This document shows positions 26,041 through 38,404 of a DNA stretch of 64,000 nucleotides, one piece after another (the stretch's first letter is position 1; the number at the start of each line of letters is the position of its first letter). The stretch covers positions 26,363,682 to 26,427,681 of the forward strand of contig NC_057718.1 of assembly GCF_004010195.1 (NCBI RefSeq), written 5' to 3'. The position numbers were made by a program, and so were the translations under genes. The notes beneath the pieces were generated by a model. That model made no database searches and was not told the DNA's origin. It saw only the letters and a program-made list of their open reading frames with translations. Origin of the DNA: Chiloscyllium plagiosum (lineage: Eukaryota).

Positions 26041-26218
26041 GTGATGTGGAGGTTGCGGTGTTGGACTGGGGTGGACAAGGTTCAAAATCATGCAACACCA
26101 GGTTATAGTCCAACAGGTTTATTCAGAAGTACTAGCTTTCTGAGCGCTGCTCCTTCATTTCATTCCTTCACTTCCAAATACACCTGTTGGACAAAAACCT
26201 GATATAGTGTGATTTTTA
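26041..26218. mobile_element. Short fold-back Penelope-like element (family 2)
   Basis: aaaatcatgcaacaccaggttatagtccaacagg is inverted against cctgttggacaaaaacctg...gtgattttt; TSD atgtaaat; decayed hammerhead on the minus strand at ~26130-26160. Confidence 0.7.
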
Positions 26219-26279
26219 ATGTAAATTAAATGGATCACCTCTTCTAGATGTCAAACACTTAAAGCCACAATTTCCATTT

Positions 26280-26560
26280 ATCCGAGGGCACATAGGTTTA
26301 TCTTGACAGGGAAAAAGTTTAAAGGAAATGTGCAAGGCGTGTTTTTAACATAAAGTGTGGGAGATTCTTGGAATGTACGACCAGGGGAAGTGGTCGATGC
26401 AGATATGATAGCCAAATTAAAGAGACATTTAGACAGACTCATGAGAATAAAGGGAAACAGACCATGTGCAGGCAGATGGGATTAGTTTAGAATGGCATCA
26501 TGGTCAGTACAGAAATGGTGGGCCAAAGGGCCTGCTCCACTGCTGTGCTCTTCCATGTTC
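26280..26560 (+). mobile_element. Old CR1 3' fragment
   Basis: gagggcacataggttt...tggaatgtacgaccagggg...ttctgg tail. Confidence 0.7.
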
Positions 26561-26961
26561 TGGGCACATGTGTTAAAGATGCACATGGGTGAATGTAGGA
26601 AACTACTAGGGACTAATTCAACAGATTCAAAAAGCCAGTATAGCTCCACAAACTGGCAACAGAAGAAAAGCCCTGATATGTGAAAACAAGCAGTTATACA
26701 CACAGACTCTGCACTGTGAGCAGCTGGTTTGAGCATTTATATTGCTTTTCTTTTTTCAAGAATAAAAATATATCTTTGTGATTGTTTGAAGACACATTTA
26801 TGAGGGGAAAGACACAAATCACACTGTGAGTCCAAATCTTTTGAAATATATTCCCCAAAATTTATGTGCCCTTATTTATATTAAGCATGTTTTTACTTCA
26901 TAATTAGTAAGTGTTCCTTTAATAAGGAAATTCAAATTTCACCAGACTAACAATGAAGTGA

Positions 26962-27183
26962 TTGCAACAATGCCAACCAGGTGGATCTCTTAGAATATGA
27001 GTTCCCTGACTGGGGCTGTTAATCTGGTCCAATCAGGGAGCCTTGGCTGACAGATATAAGTAGGAATGCCAGAGTATTTGCTCATTCTAAGAACTGGCTC
27101 TGTGTTAGCTGGGTCAGTGTCATGTACTGTGTAAATAAAGGGTGACTTGGTGACGGGTTACCAACCTTTGTGGAGTCAATTCA
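26962..27183 (+). mobile_element. Probable short solo LTR
   Basis: TG...CA ends with CCAAT (27029), gatataag TATA-like box and AATAAA (27134) in LTR order. Confidence 0.5.
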
Positions 27184-27419
27184 AACAGGATTATCTTTTA
27201 TTCTCTCGCAAAGTGCTTCTGTCAGTTTCTGCCTCTTTCCTTCATTATTGTCCCTTCTCTCAGCCACCATATTATCCATTGACAAATTTTCTCGCTTCCA
27301 TTCATACTTTCTTACACTCTCCCTTTCAATGTTTTTTTCCTTTTACTCACCCATCAAATTTCTCCCCCCTTATATTCTCTTCCAGAATAACACTCTTCAC
27401 CTCCCCTTCCATTTTTTAA

Positions 27420-27648
27420 ATTCACTCATGGGATGTGTCACTAGCTGAGCCAGCATTTATTGCCTGTCCCTAGTTGCCCTTGAGAAGGTGGTCCCTTCTT
27501 GAGTTACCTTCTTGGGTTGTTGCAGTTCATGTGGTGTCAGTAGACCCACAATGCACTTAGGCAGGGAATTCCAGGATTTTGATCCAGTGACTGTGAAGGA
27601 ATGGCGATATATTTCTACATCAAGCTGATGAATGGTTTGGAGTGACAC
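27420..27648 (-). mobile_element. Second CR1-clade LINE family 3' end
   Basis: Minus strand SFTVTGSKSWNSLP (ORF 27457-27669). Confidence 0.75.
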
Positions 27649-27908
27649 TTGCTGGGGAGAAGGTAGCAAAGAGTACAGTAGGTGGATGGGGGTGGGGATG
27701 AAGATGATAAGTCAGAGAGGAGGGTGAAACAGATAGGTGGGAAGGAAGATAGGCAGGTAGGACAGGTCATAAGGATGATGCTGAGCTGGAAGGTTGGAAC
27801 TCGGGTAAGGTGGGGGGAGGGGAAATGAGGAAACTGGTGAAGTCCACATTGATGCCCTAGGGTTGAAGTGTTCCGAGGCAGAAGATGAGGCGTTCTTCCT
27901 CCAGCCAT
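27649..27908 (-). mobile_element. Penelope-like element, C-terminus of GIY-YIG and 3' UTR
   Basis: Minus strand LEEERLIFCLGTLQP*GINVDF, a typical Penelope endonuclease C-terminus. Confidence 0.8.
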
Positions 27909-27914
27909 GCGTCT

Positions 27915-28605
27915 GTGGGGTTGATTGGTGCGGGTGTCCCGGAGATGTTCCCTACAGCACCAGACTCTGTCGGAAGCTAGAGATGTGATTGCTGGGCCTC
28001 TTGCTGAGATATTTGTATCATCGATAGTCACAGGTGCGATAGTCACAGGTGAGGTGCCAGAAGACTGGAGGTTGGCAAACGTGCTGCCACTGTTTAAGAA
28101 ATGTGGTAAAGACAAGCCAGGGAACTATCGACCGGTGAGCCTGACCTCAGTGGTGGGCAAGTTGTTGGAGGGATTTTTATTTATTTCGGAAGGCAAGGAC
28201 TGATTAGGGATAGTCAACAAGGCTTTGTGTCTGGGAAATCATGTCTCACAAACTTGATTGAGTTTTTTGAAGAAATAACAAAGAAGATTGATGAGGGCAG
28301 AGCAATGGATGTGATCTACATGGACTTCAGTAAGGTGTTCGACAAGGTTCCCCATGGGAGACTGATTAGCAAGGTTAGATCTCATGGAATACAGGGAGAA
28401 CTAGCCATTTGGATACAGAACTGGCTCAAAGATAGAAGACAGAGGGTGGTGGTGGAGGGTTGTTTTCAGACTGGAGGCCTATGACCAGTGGAGTGCCACA
28501 AGGATCGGTTCTGGGTCCTCTATTTTTTGTCATTTACATAAATGATTTGGATTCGAGCATAAGAGGTACAGTTAGTAAGTTTGCAGATGATACCAAAATT
28601 TGAGG
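27915..28605 (+). mobile_element. CR1 LINE RT region running into the assembly gap
   Basis: [47 protein letters not shown]. Confidence 0.95.
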
Positions 28606-29520
28606 NNNNNNNNNNNNNNNNNNNNNNNNNNNNNNNNNNNNNNNNNNNNNNNNNNNNNNNNNNNNNNNNNNNNNNNNNNNNNNNNNNNNNNNNNNNNNNN
28701 NNNNNNNNNNNNNNNNNNNNNNNNNNNNNNNNNNNNNNNNNNNNNNNNNNNNNNNNNNNNNNNNNNNNNNNNNNNNNNNNNNNNNNNNNNNNNNNNNNNN
28801 NNNNNNNNNNNNNNNNNNNNNNNNNNNNNNNNNNNNNNNNNNNNNNNNNNNNNNNNNNNNNNNNNNNNNNNNNNNNNNNNNNNNNNNNNNNNNNNNNNNN
28901 NNNNNNNNNNNNNNNNNNNNNNNNNNNNNNNNNNNNNNNNNNNNNNNNNNNNNNNNNNNNNNNNNNNNNNNNNNNNNNNNNNNNNNNNNNNNNNNNNNNN
29001 NNNNNNNNNNNNNNNNNNNNNNNNNNNNNNNNNNNNNNNNNNNNNNNNNNNNNNNNNNNNNNNNNNNNNNNNNNNNNNNNNNNNNNNNNNNNNNNNNNNN
29101 NNNNNNNNNNNNNNNNNNNNNNNNNNNNNNNNNNNNNNNNNNNNNNNNNNNNNNNNNNNNNNNNNNNNNNNNNNNNNNNNNNNNNNNNNNNNNNNNNNNN
29201 NNNNNNNNNNNNNNNNNNNNNNNNNNNNNNNNNNNNNNNNNNNNNNNNNNNNNNNNNNNNNNNNNNNNNNNNNNNNNNNNNNNNNNNNNNNNNNNNNNNN
29301 NNNNNNNNNNNNNNNNNNNNNNNNNNNNNNNNNNNNNNNNNNNNNNNNNNNNNNNNNNNNNNNNNNNNNNNNNNNNNNNNNNNNNNNNNNNNNNNNNNNN
29401 NNNNNNNNNNNNNNNNNNNNNNNNNNNNNNNNNNNNNNNNNNNNNNNNNNNNNNNNNNNNNNNNNNNNNNNNNNNNNNNNNNNNNNNNNNNNNNNNNNNN
29501 NNNNNNNNNNNNNNNNNNNN
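28606..29520. other. Assembly gap (915 N)
   Basis: Run of N. Confidence 1.
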
Positions 29521-29830
29521 CTCCTCTCTCTACAAGGATCTCTGAGTCTCTCTCTCTCACACTGCAAACCCCAGGTCATCTCCTCTGCCCTGAAGCTCTT
29601 CAGCCACATCCTCAACCAGCTTTTGCACTTTCAGCTACCTTCCCCCCAGCCCCACCCCCCTCCCCTTTATCTCTCCACCCCAGAGTCTCCCTGCCTTCAT
29701 TCCTGAAGGGCTTTTGCCCGAAACGTCAATTTTCCTGCTCCTCCGAAGCTGCCTGACCTGCTGTGCTTTTCCTGCACCACTCTAATCTAGACTCTGATTT
29801 CCAGCATCTGCAGTCCTCACTTTTACCTTG
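29521..29830 (+). mobile_element. Penelope-like fragments with terminal repeat
   Basis: Shares sequence with 35030-35140 and 35690-35860; the hammerhead core has a 3-nt deletion (cctgaagggcttttgcccgaaacgtc). Confidence 0.75.
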
Positions 29831-30434
29831 GAGTGAAACTTGTAGATGGTGGTGTTTACCCCTCTTGTTAGATTCTCTTTCTCTCCTGGACCTTCCTTGG
29901 CATTCCTTTTCTTCCCTGCTCAACTTTAATCTAACGCACTGGATAGATGGAACTCCTTTTTTTTCCGTCTCCGGTATTTAGAAACAGTAATGAGGGTCAG
30001 AAGGACTAAGAATATATAAAGATAAGGCTGAGGATCTGCTGGTGCATCCACCATCTGCATCAGAAAGGAATACCGCAGGAGTACAAATTGAGGTGCAATT
30101 ACACCTCTTCGTTTGAGCAGATATTGGCACCCTGACTTGGCACAGAATAGTGACAGCAAATGACATGGTGATTAGTATGAGAGAAGAAAAACTCCCATGA
30201 TGAGTGACTTCAATTTAAACCAGCAAATTAATTAATGAAACATCATTTTATTATTTGTGCATTGTTATAAGATTATGAGGACTGCTGAAATATAACATGT
30301 TTGCCAGAGCCTTTTCACTAGCAGAAGTCCTTTAATAAAGTGTCAGCTGGGATACATTACCTCCTAACCTGACGCCAGACTTGTCACAGCTATTGTGAGG
30401 CAAATTAAAGACTTGAATAACGACCGTCATTCAA

Positions 30435-30760
30435 GAATAGAATCCCTACATTATGGAAGCAGGCCATTCAGCCCATTGAGTCTACATAGCCCCTCTGAAG
30501 AATATCCCACTCAGATCCATCTCTCTGCATTTCCCATGGTTAATCGACATAACATACACATCCCTGGACACTATGGAGCAATTTAATAGTGCCAATCCAT
30601 CAAACTTATGTATCTTTGGACTGTGGAAGGAAACTGAAGCACCCGGAGGAAACCCATATTGGCTCTGGGAGAAAGTACAAATGCCACTCAGTCATCTAGA
30701 ATTGAACTTGGATCCTTGGTGCCAAGAGGCAGCAGTGCTAACTACTGTGTCAGTGTGCCA
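30435..30760 (-). mobile_element. HE1-type V-SINE, diverged
   Basis: gcacccggaggaaaccca...gaggcagcagtgctaactactg. Confidence 0.8.
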
Positions 30761-31132
30761 GCTGTATTTGAACAGGCTGTTTTGTTCTTATGCCTGAATC
30801 TATTACAACAAAAACAGAAATTGTTGGAGAAACTCAGCAGGTCTGGCTACATCTATGGAAAGAAAGCAATGACTCTTCATTAGTTCTGCCTGAGTCTGTA
30901 CAAAGACAGTAGAGTAGTAGTTAATTACAGGTCTAACACACCAGAGGCATTGGCTAATGCTCTGTGGACATGAGCTCAAATCCACAATGGCTGCTGGGAT
31001 GTAACTCTACTTGATAAATCTGGAATTAAAAGCTGCATTAAGATCCTAGTTGATGGTACTCAATGCTTAAAAGTAAGTGATGTTTCATTGACTCAGTCAT
31101 ATTTTGCAAAATCATAGACTAAAGATAACATA

Positions 31133-34100
31133 TATCCCAAAGCTGGTCTTGTTTTCTAAAGGCTGTTCTTTTTCACAAGGATACTATGTCCTTGATTTTT
31201 CTCAGAAGGGTCGTAAACAGTTTGGGCTCTGAATCGACTGGTTTCGTACAGAGATGAAAAGGGTATTGGGAGGCCATTTTGTTTATACGTAAACAGATGA
31301 GACTTTAAGCCACACCTTTCATGTTTTAGAAGTAACCTGTATAATGGAAGAGAGATGGTCAGTCCTAAAAGCTAAAGTCTTGTTTGAGTCACTTCAGCAG
31401 TGCACTGTGTCAAAAAAGGCTGTTAAATTCTCTCTCCACCTGTCCTTCTAACTTTGGCCTGTTAGCCTCTGTTTCAGTTTTACTCAAAGATTAAGGGATT
31501 TGTTTGTTGAGACTGTTGTGTATTTTTGGAACAGCATAATTAAGTCTAGTTTAGATAGACTGAGTTCTGTGGGTATTCTATATTCTATTCTTTGTGTTTC
31601 ATTCCATAATTTTGTGAATAAATTTTTATCTGTTTAAAAGCCTGGTAGTCAACCTAGCTAACTTACTCTGGATAACTTTCACTGTACACATACCAAAAAA
31701 ATTACAAAGATATGGTCTGGGCTGCGTGCTTAAGAATGTTTTGAGTGGTCTGACCTAGTTGATAACAGATTAGGATTAACCAGCAAGAGGTAGGTGCTAT
31801 TGTCTTTATTTCAGGTGTTGGTTTGGTTCGGTAGACAAAGTTTGAGATAGTAATGGCTCTTTCAGTTACCAAGAGTTTTCTGGAGGTGGACAACGTGAAC
31901 TTAGTAGTTATACAAAAGATGAATAAGATCAGACTGCTGGAATTAGCAGACAAGCTGGGGTTGGAGCTGCCTTCTTCTGTGAGGAAAGAAGAGATAATTG
32001 CAACAGCAGTTTAGCATTTAAACTTGCTGGCAAAAATTAAATTGCAAATGAAACAGCTTGAGTTAGAGGTGAGAGATAAAAGAGAGCAGCAGAAGAGAAA
32101 GAAAAAGAGAGAGAGAGTTTGAACTTCAAAAATTGGCACTTAAAAAGGAAAGTCAGCTTAAAAGATTGGAGATGAAGGCTGAAGGAGAGTTCACTGAGGA
32201 AGAGAGTAGAGATGAGCAAACCCATGGTGGACGAAAGCCTGATGAGAAACTGTTTAAGTATGTTCAAGCATTGCCTAGATTTGAAGAGGAGGATGTGGAA
32301 ACCTTTTTCATCTCATTTGAAAAAGTGGCTAAACAAATGTAGTGGCCAGTGACCATGAGGGGTTTTGTTGATCCAAGCAAAACTTGTAAGTAGGGCTAGT
32401 GATGCCTTCGCATCCCGATCAGAGGAGGTATCTGGGGAGTATGAGGAGGTGAAAAAAGCCATCTTAATTCATATGAGCTTGTACCAGAAGTCTATAGACA
32501 ACATTTCAGGAATCTAAGGAGGGACCCTGGTCAAACCTATATTGAGTTTGAAAGGATCAAACAAAGTAATTTCAATAGATGGATAAGAGCTTTAAAGATA
32601 GAGCAAACCTAGGAATCCCTTAGAGAGGTAATGATTTTGGAGGCATTCAAAAATTCATTGCCTGAAGTAGTGCAAACTCATGTGGAACAGCAGAGAGTTA
32701 AAACAGCAAGGTTAGCAGCTGAAGTGGCTGATGATTATGAGCTGGTCCATAAAAGCAGAATCAATTTCAGTCCATGAGGGACAGAAACTGGGGCAAAGAG
32801 ACATCCTCACGTGGAAAAGGAAAGATAGATCTCAGTGAAGATCATAAGCTTAACTTAGCACAGGGTAAAAAGGAAACCCTTGAAGGGGATAAAGAAGGTA
32901 AAAAGCTCTGGTGTTTTCATTGTAATAAAGTGGATCACATGAAATCACAATGCTGGTGGGCTAGGAGAAAGCCAGATGTAGGGAAACAGGACTAGCCTGG
33001 AAGTTTTGTTGGCATGGTAACAGAAAGCACAGAGGAAGCTAGAAAGCTGCATCAGAGGTTGATTAAGGAGGAATTGCCAGATCTGCTTAAAAAATGCACA
33101 TGCAACGGTAAAGTCTATTCACATAGGCCAGGAGTAGCAGGCAAAGATGTTACATTATTAAGGGACACAGGATTCTCTCAGTCTGTAATGCTGAAGGATG
33201 AGGAGATATGTACTCCTGAGGGACTATTGCCAGAAAAGGTACTGGTAACAGGAATCCATGGTGAGACAGAAAGTGGTCAGTTATGTAAAGTCAGGCTAGA
33301 GTGTCCAGAAAAGAGAGGAGAATTTGTGGTAGGAGTACTGGACAAACTCTCAGCTCCAGGAATACAATCTGTCCTTGCAAATTATATAGCTGATTCACTG
33401 GTTGACGTGCCAGTTGAAAAGCCAGTGGAGACGCAAGCAATTGAAGCACTGCAGGAGTCTTATTTGGGAATCGATTTGGGATTTTGTAGTAATGAGGTCA
33501 CAGAGTCACAAGCTGAAGCAGGAGACATCAAAAGGCACAGATAAGGAAGCTGAAATAGCATTATCAGATAAGTGGGACAGAGCAGGAACAAATAGGTAAA
33601 CATGCAAGTATATTTAGCTCTGCTAAGCTTATTGAGTTGCAGCAGAAAGATGAGAACTTAAAGTACTTTTATCAAAAGGCATACACAAAAAAGGAGAGTG
33701 AATGCATCCCTGTGTGTTATTACTTAACAAATGATGTCTTAATGAGGAAATGGAGACCATCACATATTTAAGCAGATGAGAAATAGGCAGAAGTTCATCA
33801 AATTGTTTTGCCAGTAGGGTATAGAAAGGACGTGCTGCGAGTGGAGCATGAGCAGCCATTTGGAGGCATTCAGGAGTGAGGAGGCTGAAATACAAAGACA
33901 TTAGTTTTTATTGGCCTGGACTCCACAAGGATGTAGAAAGCAACTTTGAGCTTGGTGTTAGCATTACAACATTTTAGTGTTTATATTATCAGCAATGCAT
34001 CTGAGACAATCGTATACACTCATCATAACCTATTGACATCTGTGGAGAAATTTAAGGACAAAAATGCCGAACTGTTTAGATGGAGCTTGTTGTTGCAATT

Positions 34101-34907
34101 TGACAACTGTGCATGTGGCAGGTCTGGAAAACGTGATTGCCAATGCGTTATCGAGACTCAAATGAGATACGGAGGCATTCGGTGGCGGGTGTGCCATGAA
34201 TTTGAATGGGGTTATGCATGTTTGCATGTGTATAGTTAGTATAATGTCTATATGTGTTTTAGACTACTAAACAATCTTTTTTTGAGTGCTTTTAAAAATG
34301 AAGCCATCTTTGTATATTGATGGTTCATTTTTTTAAGGGGGAGATGTCACAAAGCTGGTCCATTTTTCTAAAATGCTGTTCCTTTTCTCAAGGATACTGT
34401 GTCCTTGATTTTTCTCAGAGGGTTCGTAAACAGTCTGGGTTCCGATTCGACTGGTTTGGTACAGAGATGAAAAGGGAGGCCTTTTTTGTTTATATGTAAA
34501 CAGATGAGACTTTAGGCCAAAGCTTTCATGTTTTGGAAGTAACCAGTATAATGGGAGGGGAGTGGTCAGTCCTAAAAGCTGAAGTCTTGTTTGAGTCAGT
34601 TCAGCAGTGCACTGTGTGGAGAAAGGCTGTTAAACTCTCTCTCCTTCTGCCCTTATAACTTCGACCTAAAACCTCTCAGTTTTACTCGATGATTAAGGGA
34701 TTTGTTTATTGGGACTGTTGTGTATTTTTGGAACAGCATAATTAAGTCTAACTTGGGTAGACTGAGTCCTGTGGGTATTCTATATTCTGTTCTTTGTGTT
34801 TCATTCCATAATTTTGTGAATAAATTTTTGTCTGTGTTAAAACCTGGTCGTCAACCTAACTAACTTACTCCGGGTAATTTTCACTGTACACTTCCTGAAA
34901 CAAATTT
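31133..34907 (+). mobile_element. Internally deleted Gmr1-like Gypsy LTR retrotransposon
   Basis: 5' LTR 31133-31767 and truncated 3' LTR 34345-34907 are clearly homologous; PPT aagggggaga precedes the 3' LTR. Gag starts at ~31853 with LPRFEEEDVETFFISFEK, a SCAN-like capsid and CFHCNKVDHMKSQC; protease LRDTG; integrase start FYWPGLHKDV joined directly to RNase H LVLALQHF..YTHHN. Confidence 0.9.
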
Positions 34908-35865
34908 CCCGAGAGAACAGAGCTAACATTTTGAGTCCAGCATCGCTCTTGATTCACACTGGACTCAAAACATTAGCTCACTTTCTCTCTTCACAGATAT
35001 TGTCAGACCTACTCAGTTTCTCCAGTATTGGATGCCTAACTTGAAGAAGTTCTCCTCCTCTCTCCACAAAAATCTCAGTGAGTCTCTCTCACTGCAACCT
35101 CCAGGTCATCTCCTCTGCCCTGAAGCTCTTCAGCTCAGCACTATCCTCAGGACCTGTTCTACCTGCCAACCTTCCTTCCCACCTATCTGCTTTATCCTCC
35201 TTTCTGACCTATCACCTTTATCCCCACCCTGATCCACCCATTGTAGTCTTTGCTACCTTCCCCCACCTTCCTCTCTGACCTATCACCTTCATGGTAAAAA
35301 CAATGATTGCAAATGTTGGAAACCAGAGTCTAGATTAGAGTGGAGCTGGAAAAGCACAGCCGTACAGGCAGCATCCGAGGAGCAGTAAAATTGATGTTTC
35401 GGGCAAAAGCCCTTCATCAGGAATACAACTGAAGCTCTGCAAGGCTATTTCTGCTCCCAGTTCTTATCTTATGGTTTCCTTTGGCCACCCAGCCAATATG
35501 TCAAAAAACATGGATCCAAAACCACACAATTCCTTGTAGCAAAATTGCTCTACACCACTCCCGAAACGTCGATTTTACTGCTCCTCGGATGCTGCCTGAG
35601 CTGCTGTGCTTTTCCAGCACCACTCTAATCTAGACCCGATCACCATCATCCCCACCCCAATTCTTTGCTTCCTTCTCCCCAGCCCCACCCCCTCCCATTT
35701 ATCTCTCCACCCTGGAGGCTCCCTGCCTTCAGTCCTGATGAAGGGCTTTTGCCCGAAACGTTGATTTTCCTGCTCCTCGGATGCTGCCTGACCTGCTGTG
35801 CTTTTCCAGCACCACACTAATCTAGACTCTGGTTTCCAGCATCTGCAGGCCTCACTTTTGCCCAG
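34908..35865. mobile_element. Cluster of Penelope-like terminal repeats in both orientations
   Basis: Hairpin 34910-34990; hammerhead cores on the minus strand at ~35391-35424 and on the plus strand at 35735-35762. Confidence 0.8.
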
Positions 35866-36930
35866 TATTCTCTTTGTTTGTTTCAGATTTGCTATATTTG
35901 CTTTCATTTGTGGTATACGATAATCTCTTAGAGAAAGATTTCTGGATTTTGAAAGTTTCTGGATTATAAAATTATATTGGAATGCCTAGTGTGCACTGGA
36001 AAACTGAAGTATAAAACAGAAAAAAACGCATCAAAAAATTTTGAAAAACTTTTGTCCTTATCCAAATATTGTTTGGCCTCCCATGGAACTGTACTGGTAT
36101 TTGAATCTACTAAAAAAAACTTCCAGACAACTACTGTTTCCAGAAACAATAAACTTCTGAACTGGAAATGTTTCAGTGTTTTTCAGAAGTTTAAAATGCT
36201 CAGCACGGATCTGCAGCTTCAAAATTTGTAGTCAATTGAAGCTGGAGGCTTATCTGCTATTCTTAAAGCCTGGCTGCTTCACCTGATACAGTGTAGATAG
36301 ACAAGGCACTCAGCAGTTTCTCTCCTCATAATTAATAAATAAGCTAGCTGAGGTTCTAAACTTCTTTTGATGAGCGATTGTTCTGTCTGCAATCCAAATA
36401 TTTAGGCCCTGTGGCTGTATCTGTTTCAATGACTCCCAAGAGTCCTCAAACTATTTACAATGAGATGATTTGAAAAACTGTCGTCTTGACTTCTTGTTTG
36501 TGTTAAATTGAAGGACAGTACAAAAACAAAATCCGACTGGAAAGTTGTTTCATTCTGTGGAGAGAATAATCATCCTTACTTTTAATGTAGTGTTCACCTA
36601 CTGTGATTTATTACAATGTTCCTATGTGGTATCACAGAAGCAGTTAGTCTTTTGTACATTTCTCTACACAATCATGGTTTATATGGTAACTGCATTCAGT
36701 TTGAAAGCCTCAGGCCAAAATTCAAAATTGCATGGATTTTGAGTGGAAAACTGAGACTGAGCTGTTAAGTGATAACTCAGATAATTGCTGTATGATTTCT
36801 TCTTGATATTACTGCTGGTAAATTTGGATTGGGTTTACAGACTTGCAGACGTTAAATATCACTTTACAACCACGTCTGCTTTTCCAGTAAAATCGCCAAA
36901 GACAAAGTTTATGCTGACCCCCTACCATGA

Positions 36931-37149
<219 letters not shown>

Positions 37150-37319
37150 TAAGTGCAGGTTACCTTTCTTTTGCATTTAAACTTGATATGGAAGCCATTA
37201 CCAAGGCTGGAATAAATTGCCCATTCCCAAGATGCCTTTGAGAAAATGGGGGTGATGAACTTTCCTCTGCAATCACAGCAAACTAAATGATGAAGGTCTT
37301 CTCATAGTCTTCATTCTGG

Positions 37320-38046
37320 TTAAAAATCACACAACACCAGGTTATAGTCCAACAGGTTTATTTGGTAAAAACAATGACTGCAGATGCTGGAAACCAGATT
37401 CTGGATTAGTGGTGCTGGAAGAGCACAGCAGTTCAGGCAGCATCCAAAGAGCAGCGAAATCGACGTTTTGGGCAAAAGCCTTTATTTGGAAGGACTAGCT
37501 TTCAGATCACTGCTTCTTCATCAAGTGTTTGTGGAGTAAAAGATGGTAAGACACAGAATTTACAACAAAAGTTTACAGTGTGATGCAACTGAAGTTATAT
37601 ATTGAAAAAGATCTGGATTGTTTGTTAAGTCTCTCATCTTTTAGAATGATCATGTTGGTTTCGGTTCTTTCATATGTAAATCCCAGAATGTTTTTTAAAG
37701 TTATATTCTCAAGTGAACTTTAACAATAGGTACCATGTCTGCCCAGATAATGTAAAAAAAACATTCTGAGATTTACACATGAAAGAATTGAAGCCAACAT
37801 CGTCATTCTAAAAGATGAGAGATTTAACAAACAATCCAGATCTTTTTCAAAGTATAATTTCAGTTACATCACACTGTAATTTTTTTCTATAAATTCTGTG
37901 TCTTAAGATCTTATACTCCACAACCACCTGATGAAGGAGCAGCACTCCAAAAGCTAGTGTTTCCAAATAAACTTGTTGGACTATAACCTGGTGTTGAGTG
38001 ATTTTTAACTTTGTACACCCCAGTCCAACACCAGTACCTCCAAGCG
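37320..38046. mobile_element. Large fold-back Penelope-like element (family 2) with a nested family-1 fragment
   Basis: Inverted arms ~37320-37697 and 37754-38008; TSD ttcattctggtta at 37310-37322 and 38047-38059; nested insert 37366-37480 with TSD tttatttgg; hammerhead-like ctgatgaaggagcagcactccaaaagc at ~37928. Confidence 0.85.
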
Positions 38047-38404
38047 TTCATTCTGGTTATTGTTGCTTTGAAGTATTTTCCACGGAGGTAGTTTATATTA
38101 TGACATCCTCTGATTTGTTTTCATGCACTAAGTCATTGCCTCCTTTCTGGCTTCTTGCCATTTCCTGATTAGTGGTCAGTATGCATATTAATTGACAGAA
38201 ATAGTGAGAAAAACTGATCCAGAAACTGGCAGCTGAAGAACAGCCCAGTTAAAAAAAAATTATATCATATCTGGTCAAGGATTCCCAGGTCCTTAACATG
38301 AAACAGTCCATCATAGGTGTCTGTGTTTCAGCAAAATGTAAGTCCATTGGGAAACATCAAGTGTCTCCTCTGCTGGAGCCCATAACCTATTTGTACGACA
38401 GGAT

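Noticed and set aside
28520..29756. Four long ORFs of 346-391 aa
   Set aside because: Artefacts of translating the N gap.
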